A DNA stretch of 32,000 bases from Opitutales bacterium (GTDB lineage Bacteria; Verrucomicrobiota; Verrucomicrobiia; Opitutales; PNEW01). This document shows, piece after piece, positions 25,761-32,000 of the stretch (positions are counted from its first letter, which is position 1; each line of letters opens with the position of its first letter). The notes under the pieces were generated by a model. The model was given only the letters and a program-made list of their open reading frames with translations. It ran no database searches and was not told the origin of the DNA. Location: positions 1,560,001-1,592,000 of the forward strand of contig CBDCNV010000001.1 in assembly GCA_965219535.1 (NCBI GenBank), in the 5' to 3' direction. The position numbers were made by a program, and so were the translations under genes.

Positions 25761-26969
25761 TTAATAACCGCCTCTTTCCGCGGATGAAATAGTGTCATGT
25801 AAGCGTGTAATCAGGATTTCAAGTTGCGGTATCAAATGTCGGTAGCGGCTATCGGTCAGCCAGTCTTCAGCTTGACCCAGGCTGGCTCGATCAATCTGAG
25901 CCATTTCACTTAATGTATAGGTGTGATTCTCAGTCAGCAAGTTGTTGGACATTATCAAATTGAAGTTGGGAAACAATTTGGCGAAGGTCTCAGCTTCTTC
26001 AGGTGAGAGGTTGGGTTGCGCTAAATAGCTTTCTACTAATTTCCCCTGGCTTGAATTTGAGACGTTCGCGCGGGAAAAAAAACCCGCGCGTGTATGAGGG
26101 CGATCAGCTAAGAGATCGGGGTTCTCTAAAAAAAAGTTCAATGCCGGTGCGGGGTTGTCGAGAATCAATTTATCCATCGCCATAATCGCGGCGTGTGAAA
26201 GTATGTCCGAATTCTCTCGATCCAACATGGCCGTAAATTCAGAAATGAGCGATGACGATTGAGTGTAAACAGCGACGTCAAAACTATGAAGGAATCCCGC
26301 ACTTGGATTTTCCAGCCAGGGTTCATGGGTTAATGCTGCAAATATTTTTTCCTTTAGCAGAGGGACACCACGGGATTCAGGATTATTCCACGCGACATTG
26401 CGTAGCGATATGGCCCACTCGTCAGCAGATTTTTTTGTCGCAAAAACCTGATCCGCGTAGTCCGCCGCCATCGGGGGATTAATAATTCCCAGTACATCGA
26501 TTAGAGTGACGCGAAAAGTAGGGGATGCAGAGAGAAAACCTCTTTTATCAACGTAAAAACCGTAGCCCGTTTCCACATCCAGGCCCAACTCGAGGAATTG
26601 AAGAATGGCTTTGGCATTTTCGTTCGACGGATCAGAAATTAATTTTTTTCGTAAACTAATGATTAGGTTATTTCTCGTTTTCGGATTTGGATTCGCGATA
26701 ATATTTTCATATGTCTCATTGATCAGGTTAAATCGTAGTTGCAGCGTATTGTTAATTTCACCTTCAGTAATATCGGGAACTCCTTCAAGTTTCGTAACCG
26801 TATCTACCTTGTCCGGATGAATATTACTTTCTTGCACAGCTTGTATTTCAGAAACACTACGCGTTTGTCGACGATCATTACCGCGGTGACTGAATACAAA
26901 CCAGACCCCAGTTATGATGATTAAAGTGAGGCCAGAAATTGCGGCTATGGTTATGCGCTTATGAAGCAT
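25761..26969 (-). CDS. Membrane-anchored protein of unknown function (single N-terminal TM, helical-looking ectodomain)
   Basis: TM segment 'ITIAAISGLTLIIITGVWFVF'; I see no recognisable catalytic motif. The start is either the ATG at 26969 (MLHKR...) or the TTG at 26999. It lies 61 nt upstream of, and co-directional with, the protease gene. Confidence 0.7.
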   Translation of the reverse strand: MLHKRITIAAISGLTLIIITGVWFVFSHRGNDRRQTRSVSEIQAVQESNIHPDKVDTVTKLEGVPDITEGEINNTLQLRFNLINETYENIIANPNPKTRNNLIISLRKKLISDPSNENAKAILQFLELGLDVETGYGFYVDKRGFLSASPTFRVTLIDVLGIINPPMAADYADQVFATKKSADEWAISLRNVAWNNPESRGVPLLKEKIFAALTHEPWLENPSAGFLHSFDVAVYTQSSSLISEFTAMLDRENSDILSHAAIMAMDKLILDNPAPALNFFLENPDLLADRPHTRAGFFSRANVSNSSQGKLVESYLAQPNLSPEEAETFAKLFPNFNLIMSNNLLTENHTYTLSEMAQIDRASLGQAEDWLTDSRYRHLIPQLEILITRLHDTISSAERGGY

Positions 26970-27676
26970 TTCTTTGCCGGATGATTCTGTATTATTCAAC
27001 TGTATTCAATTATAGTACGATTACAATTGTGAAGATACGCTAATCTACTGTGGCAGGTGTTGGGCAAATTTCCGACGGTGTGTTTTGGAATATTCGCTAT
27101 CTGGATTATTAGGCGAAGACATGTCCCTTATAAGATTTAAAACCCATGAAATACCTAACTGTTAAAAACTTGTAACTGATTGGTTAATAAAATGTTAAAT
27201 TGTAAAAATAGGGGCTTTAAAAGTTGCTAATAGGGTACAATCATAGTATAACTGATTTTAATACTTTATAATAAAAGCTTATGCTTGGCCTGGGGATTAC
27301 GCGTTTATCAATCAGTGACATGAAAGGAGCAAGCGATGGAAAACGAAATACAAGCTCAGTTGTTTAGCCTTTTGGGTATCGAAGCGAATAATTCTCACAT
27401 CTTAAAATGGGGGGTTCTGATTTGATGCGCTTACAAATGCAATATTACAACTCGTTTTTTTAAGACAAATCGAGAGGTGAAAGTTGGATAAATTATCCTG
27501 TGGATAACGCGGATAGAGCGCCGCGAAAAAGTGATTTTATCGAATGGGATTAGAGGCGAAATAGTATATTCACAATGAGACAATTACAAAAACTTGACAA
27601 AGATTAATCTGGGTTCTGAATAGCGAATAATTATCAAAAAGCTTACCTGAAATTCGTGTATAATTATTAGTTGAAA

Positions 27677-28141
27677 ATGAAAAAATCGCAAAATATGAGG
27701 TCGCATGGGTTTACCCTTGTAGAAATGATGATTGTTGTCGTCATTGTTGGCCTATTGGCTTCATTTGCGATACCCGCATTTAGACAGGCCAATACCAAGT
27801 CAATAAATTCACGTCTTATGAACGATTACCGAATCCATGCCGAAGCATTCAAGCGCTTCGCATTAGAAACAGGTGCATATCCCCCCGATGGAGGACTTGG
27901 TTCTATGCCTTTGGGTATGAATGAATATTTGCCCGCAACATGGTTAGACTCACCAGTGGGGGGTCAATGGATTTGGGACAATAACGACTGGGGCGTAACC
28001 GCGGCCATTAGTATTCGCAACGGCAATGTCACCAGCCAGCAGATGACACAATTGGATAGTCAACTAGATGATGGTGATCTTGCCACAGGAATGTTCCGAA
28101 AAATAAACGCGGATCGGTTTTCTCTCGTCATCGAAGAGTAG
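27677..28141 (+). CDS. Prepilin-type N-terminal cleavage/methylation domain protein (type II secretion pseudopilin / type IV pilin-like)
   Basis: 'MKKSQNMRSHG|FTLVEMMIVVVIVGLLASFAIPAF' is a canonical G/FTLxE prepilin motif with a hydrophobic helix. ATG at 27677; the track start 27671 is a TTG. Confidence 0.85.
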   Translation: MKKSQNMRSHGFTLVEMMIVVVIVGLLASFAIPAFRQANTKSINSRLMNDYRIHAEAFKRFALETGAYPPDGGLGSMPLGMNEYLPATWLDSPVGGQWIWDNNDWGVTAAISIRNGNVTSQQMTQLDSQLDDGDLATGMFRKINADRFSLVIEE

Positions 28142-28154
28142 AAATTCATATCAA

Positions 28155-28360
28155 TTTCGGATTGACAATTAGCGATCGAAGGATGATTCCCTTTGTCATC
28201 GCGAGGTTGCTAGTCTACCGTGGCGATCCAGGCTAATATCGGTTGCATTATGACAGTCCACTGGATTGCCGCAGTCGGCTACGCCTCCTTCGCAATGACA
28301 AAAGGAGGAAAATATATTATAACCGTTAGGCACAATCCCAAATCTGCAATCCGCAATCAC
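28155..28360. repeat. Composite palindromic intergenic element, copy A (best defined)
   Basis: The left arm holds GGATTG-type heptamers (28155-28190). The outer hairpin stem pairs 28192-28206 with 28288-28302 (13 Watson-Crick pairs, 1 G-T pair and 1 mismatch). The inner stem pairs 28222-28231 with 28261-28270 (9 Watson-Crick pairs and 1 G-T pair). The right arm holds CAATCC-type heptamers (28333-28360). Confidence 0.7.
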
Positions 28361-28361
28361 A

Positions 28362-29588
28362 ATGATCGGCAATAGTAACCCTATCACCTGGCGCAGGCCG
28401 ATTGTCATTATTATTGCAGGTTGTCTGATCGCGGTGATCGGTTTTGGCGCGCGGTCGGTCTTGGGCCTTTTTCTCGAACCGATGACGGTGGCGCGGGGAT
28501 GGGATCGGGAGACTTTCGCCCTCGCATTGGCTATTCAAAATCTCATGTGGGGTTTATGCATGCCGTTGGCGGGAGCAATCGCGGATCGCCATGGGCCGGT
28601 GCGCGTAATTGCCGCTGGGGCCCTGATCTATGCAGCGGGTATATGGGGCATGGCTCAGTCAACCGCTCCGTTGGCGCTTCACATTTTTGGCGGTTTGCTG
28701 ACCGGACTCGGGGTCGCATTTACCGGTTTTTCGCTTGCCCTCGCCGCGATGGCTCGGGTGGTTGGTCCTGAAAAGCGTTCACTGGTTTTCGGATTAGGTA
28801 CCGCTGCAGGTTCCATGGGGCAGGTTTTGTTTTCACCAATCAGTCAGGGCTTCATTACGGCTTACGGTTGGCATTTTTCTCTTATGCTTTTGGCTGCATC
28901 TTCCCTGCTTCTCATTCCGCTGGCTCTTTTTCTACCGGGAGGTGCCGCTGGAACCAAGATAGAGACAGATGAACAGAGCCTCATTGAAGCGCTGCGTGAG
29001 GCGTCGGGCCATCGCGGTTATGTGCTCTTGACGATGGGGTTTTTTGTCTGCGGTTTTCACGTCGCGTTTATTACCGTTCACTTTCCCGCTTTCATTAAGG
29101 ATATCGGACTGGATCCAAGCGTGGGGGGCTATGCTATAGCATTAATTGGTCTTTTTAATATTGTCGGATCCTTTCTCTCCGGGGTGGCGGGACAGCGCTG
29201 GAGTAAGAAATACGGCCTGAGTGTTATCTATTTTCTTCGTGCGGTTGTGATAACCGCATTTATTTTCGCGCCGGCCAGTGAATTCGCGGTTTACCTCTTT
29301 GCCGCAATAATGGGGATTCTCTGGCTGTCAACAGTACCGCTGACAACTGGAATAGTCGCGCAGATATTCGGCATCCGCTATCTGGCAACCCTTTTTGGTA
29401 TCGTTTTCCTCAGTCACCAGGTGGGCAGTTTCTTAGGCGTATGGCTGGGTGGACGCATCTTTGATACCACCGGGTCTTACGAACCTATGTGGTGGGCAGG
29501 AGTTGTGCTCGGTCTGGCCGCTTCTGTCGTTCATCTTCCCATTGACGAAAGAGCAGTGTCGCGCTCGGGCGTTACTGAGAGTCACTGA
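28362..29588 (+). CDS. MFS transporter
   Basis: 408 aa with about 12 hydrophobic segments. The loop 2-3 motif-like 'LAGAIADRHGPVRV' matches G-x-x-x-D-R-x-G. ATG at 28362. Confidence 0.85.
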   Translation: MIGNSNPITWRRPIVIIIAGCLIAVIGFGARSVLGLFLEPMTVARGWDRETFALALAIQNLMWGLCMPLAGAIADRHGPVRVIAAGALIYAAGIWGMAQSTAPLALHIFGGLLTGLGVAFTGFSLALAAMARVVGPEKRSLVFGLGTAAGSMGQVLFSPISQGFITAYGWHFSLMLLAASSLLLIPLALFLPGGAAGTKIETDEQSLIEALREASGHRGYVLLTMGFFVCGFHVAFITVHFPAFIKDIGLDPSVGGYAIALIGLFNIVGSFLSGVAGQRWSKKYGLSVIYFLRAVVITAFIFAPASEFAVYLFAAIMGILWLSTVPLTTGIVAQIFGIRYLATLFGIVFLSHQVGSFLGVWLGGRIFDTTGSYEPMWWAGVVLGLAASVVHLPIDERAVSRSGVTESH

Positions 29589-30465
29589 TTCCCGCCAGTC
29601 GTTTTAATACCTCCTCATATGCATCCTTCGGCAATGGGCCTTCAAGCGCGGCGGCGATGTTCGATTGCTGGTGGTCCAGCTTCGCCGAGCCCATTATTTT
29701 TGTGTGACAGTCGGGGTGCGCGAGGGTGAACCGTAAGACAAACTGGAAGGGGCTCATATCTCCCAATAATTCGTCGAGCTTGGCGCGTTTCCATGTGTCC
29801 CACCAGGTTTCGGTCCTTGCAGATTGCGCCTGGGGTACACCTCCACGGATAATGATCCCCGCTCCAGTCTTTGCCGCCTCACTGATCATATCCTCGTGTT
29901 CACGTTCAATAAGCGTATAAGAAATTTGAAACGTATCAAAGACGCCCATCTCGACAAAGGGTATGAGGTGCGGCGTGGTGGAGGAGACACCGATGAACCG
30001 CGACTTGCCCGAGTCCTTTATCTCCTGGAGAACTTCGACCAAATTATTTTGTTCAACCTCTTCGACCGTAGGATTGTGCATTTGTATGAGATCGACATAA
30101 TCCGTTTTTAAACGTCGAAGGCTTTCATTAATGTTGTGGCGAAACTGCTCCGCCGTCCACTGATGTCCGGGTTCGAGGGGTGATCCCACGGCATCATTAT
30201 GACACCCACATTTTGTCGCGAGGTAATACTCATCGCGTCGATGGCTGATAAATTTTCCGATGAGATCTTCACTCACCCCGTAGTCGGGAGCGGTGTCGAC
30301 GAAATTGATTCCGCTATCGAGGACAGAATTAAGGATTTGCTCGGCGTCTTTTTCATCGATCTCCGAGCCTCCAAATACCTCCCCGCGGATGGCCGCTCCT
30401 CCAAAGCCTAGCTGAGTGATTTCCATCCCTGTTCGCCCGAGGGTGTTTGTTGGTAGATTAGTCAT
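29572..30465 (-). CDS. Aldo/keto reductase
   Basis: Motifs 'LGRTGMEITQLGFGGAAI', 'INFVDTAPDYG', 'YYLATKCG' and 'DYVDLIQMHNP'. Its 3' end overlaps the convergent MFS gene by 17 nt. Confidence 0.9.
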   Translation of the reverse strand: MTNLPTNTLGRTGMEITQLGFGGAAIRGEVFGGSEIDEKDAEQILNSVLDSGINFVDTAPDYGVSEDLIGKFISHRRDEYYLATKCGCHNDAVGSPLEPGHQWTAEQFRHNINESLRRLKTDYVDLIQMHNPTVEEVEQNNLVEVLQEIKDSGKSRFIGVSSTTPHLIPFVEMGVFDTFQISYTLIEREHEDMISEAAKTGAGIIIRGGVPQAQSARTETWWDTWKRAKLDELLGDMSPFQFVLRFTLAHPDCHTKIMGSAKLDHQQSNIAAALEGPLPKDAYEEVLKRLAGISDSQ

Positions 30466-30503
30466 AGTGAAAAATTGAAATACGTATTTTGCTAATATGC
30501 AAT

Positions 30504-30742
30504 GGCGGATTTGAGGGATGTCGGCCTTCGCACTCGGTACGGATATCGGATTGCGGATTGATTGCCGATTGTCGATTAATGAGGATTGACGTTTATCGAT
30601 TGTCGATTGATTCCTTTTGTCATCGCAGTGGCGGGACTATGACCGACAAGCGCTATGACAAACCAAAGATAATAAAATTGAGGATAATTTTTGAAACCCG
30701 CTAAGCCCAATCCGCAGTCCGCAATCCGCAATCCGAAATCGG
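30504..30742. repeat. Composite palindromic intergenic element, copy B
   Basis: The left box is at 30513-30543 and the long GGATTG/TCGATTG heptamer array at 30541-30614. The 19-mer 'TGATTCCTTTTGTCATCGC' (30608-30626) matches 28184-28202 at 18/19 positions. The hairpin pairs 30616-30626 with 30652-30662 (10/11). The right arm CAATCCGC array spans 30706-30742. Confidence 0.65.
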
Positions 30743-30780
30743 AGGCGGGGTCGGCGTCGATCTCACCTCATGCCCCGGTT

Positions 30781-32000
30781 ATGGCGGGAAGCTGGGGAAC
30801 ATGGACGATTACTTACAAAGTGCCTCCCGGAGGGATCGACGACGGGGGATCAATCCGCGTTGCGATTCGATTTGCCAGCGATTGGGCGATTCCTCAGATG
30901 AATGATCCGAGTGGAGATCATTATTTAACTGTCTCGTGTTCCCGTAGTGAAACGCAGTTGGTATCCAGCTGGAGAGCGCGGGCCCACATCCGGCCATACC
31001 AGCCCCATCTTTTTATTGAAGTCCTCGATGCACCTCTCGAATCAGGTGATGAAATAACAATTGTCTACGGCGACTGTTCCCATGGGGGTCGCGGGACGCG
31101 CGCTCAGACCTTCGTTCAGGATAAATTCGATTTTCAAATTGTCGTGGATAGCTTGGGGACAGGGGTATATGATAGTCTTACTGAAAATCCCCACTTAAAA
31201 ATTGTTTCCAACGAACCGCATCACTTAGTGGCGTTGGCTACAGGTGATGGTTCTACAATCCATCCGGCAAGACTCCTGGTGCGCGGTGAGGATATTTGGG
31301 GTAATGCGATTAAGGAATCTATTGCTGGGACTGTCTCGTTAAAAACCAGCGGCCCTGAAAATAACTTGCCTGAAAAGATTGAGCTCAATGAGGGATCTCA
31401 TCTTTTTCCAAATGTAAGTTGTCAGAGTGATGGAGTATTGCGAATTTCCGTGGAGCATCCGCTCTTAGGAAGCGCTGAAGTTGGATCATTGGTCATTAAC
31501 CGCGCTTGTAAACTGCACAGATTCTGGGGTGACCTCCATGGTCAGAGTGGGGAAACAGTGGGGACGAATACCGCAGAACAGTATTTTCACTACGCCAGGG
31601 ACATGGCTCTCTGTGATTTTGCGGGTCACCAGGGAAATGATTTTCAAATTACTGATGCATTATGGGAAGAGATCAACCGGTTAGCGCGGGACCTGACTCG
31701 TGAGGGAGCATTTATAGTTTTTCCCGGCTATGAGTGGTCGGGACTGACACCCGTCGGCGGAGACCGTAATGTTCTGTTCCTCGACGAGGGTCAGACAATA
31801 CGCCGATCGTCGACGGTTCTGGTAAAAGGGCAGAGTGAGCAGTTGGTTGGTACTCCTCTTCGGGAATTATACGAGGAAATTAAAAAATCCGATAAGGAAT
31901 GTATACTTATTCCTCACATAGGAGGGAGACGTGCTAACCTGGAATATTTTGACCCTGAGTTGGAACCCGTAGTGGAGGTGCATTCCTGCTGGGGCACATT
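30781..32000 (+). CDS. Hypothetical protein, 3'-truncated by window edge; possible PHP/DUF3604-like metal-dependent hydrolase fold with degenerate motif
   Basis: This ORF is absent from the supplied track because it has no stop in the window. My own translation from the ATG at 30781 is open for 406 codons: 'MAGSWGTWTITYKVPPGGIDDGGSIRVAIRF...FWGDLHGQSGETVGTNTAEQYFHYARDMALCDFAGHQGNDF...FIVFPGYEWSG...GGDRNVLFLD...'. The functional call is weak. Confidence 0.75.
   Translation, partial: MAGSWGTWTITYKVPPGGIDDGGSIRVAIRFASDWAIPQMNDPSGDHYLTVSCSRSETQLVSSWRARAHIRPYQPHLFIEVLDAPLESGDEITIVYGDCSHGGRGTRAQTFVQDKFDFQIVVDSLGTGVYDSLTENPHLKIVSNEPHHLVALATGDGSTIHPARLLVRGEDIWGNAIKESIAGTVSLKTSGPENNLPEKIELNEGSHLFPNVSCQSDGVLRISVEHPLLGSAEVGSLVINRACKLHRFWGDLHGQSGETVGTNTAEQYFHYARDMALCDFAGHQGNDFQITDALWEEINRLARDLTREGAFIVFPGYEWSGLTPVGGDRNVLFLDEGQTIRRSSTVLVKGQSEQLVGTPLRELYEEIKKSDKECILIPHIGGRRANLEYFDPELEPVVEVHSCWGT

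Noticed and set aside
26072-26084. The U-run (GGT TTT TTT TCC) inside the CDS considered as a programmed -1 frameshift site.
   Set aside because: The complementary stem half lies upstream of the slippery run, not downstream. The -1 frame terminates after about 25 codons without any recognisable product.
28301-28307. A perfect AAGGAGG Shine-Dalgarno-like sequence upstream of the MFS gene.
   Set aside because: No start codon lies at a suitable distance; the in-frame reading hits TAA within three codons. The motif is part of the terminal segment of the repeat hairpin.
28196-28538. Track ORFs 28196-28408 (-), 28326-28538 (-) and, similarly, 30489-30704 (+).
   Set aside because: They are translations of the composite repeat elements (heptamer arrays and hairpin) and of the antisense MFS 5' end. 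Their sequences are Cys/Arg-rich and low-complexity, with no start context. I treat them as spurious.
28362-29588. An impression that the MFS gene is compositionally foreign (GC-rich).
   Set aside because: My hand counts on 60-nt samples of the MFS gene gave 38/60, 35/60 and 28/60. Samples of korA gave 37/60 and 21/60, so local variance is large. No anomaly can be claimed without a proper windowed calculation.
30541-30614. Tandem short repeats considered as a possible CRISPR array.
   Set aside because: The units are about 7 nt, degenerate and contiguous with no spacers. No cas genes are present. This is a microsatellite-like heptamer array, not CRISPR.
30809-31684. Track ORFs 30809-30997 (-) and 31481-31684 (+).
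   Set aside because: Both lie inside, and out of frame with, the 406-codon plus-strand ORF starting at 30781, which has much better coding character.

Overview
This 32-kb chromosomal window is almost fully coding, and most genes lie on the minus strand. Gene content and repeat style suggest a PVC-group (Verrucomicrobiota-like) bacterium, but that is inference only.

- **1-7.4 kb:** a carbohydrate or sugar-acid utilisation cluster. It holds a 5'-truncated sugar-binding protein, an AGE-family epimerase, a PIG-L deacetylase, an enolase-superfamily dehydratase, an Fe-ADH and two D-2-hydroxyacid dehydrogenases.
- **7.8-22.9 kb:** a PhyH-like dioxygenase, a glycine-zipper secreted protein, two tandem paralogous secreted proteins and a CrtI-like flavoprotein. 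These are followed by a PAC2-family protein, a stand-alone cNMP-binding protein, a 958-aa M16 peptidase, a small membrane protein and korAB.
- **23.1-32 kb:** a multidomain secreted S1 protease, a membrane-anchored unknown, an orphan pseudopilin, an MFS transporter and an aldo/keto reductase. A long 3'-truncated ORF here is missing from the supplied track.

Two observations stand out. First, a ~277-aa C-terminal module that I cannot assign to any named family is shared by three signal-peptide proteins with unrelated N-terminal domains. This is a candidate undescribed surface-anchoring or targeting module. Second, a family of 200-300 bp composite palindromic intergenic elements combines heptamer arrays in inverted orientation with a central TGTCAT/ATGACA hairpin.

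I saw no rRNA, tRNA, CRISPR array, transposase or recognisable defence genes. All family calls come from motif recognition by eye; no database search or folding computation was possible.
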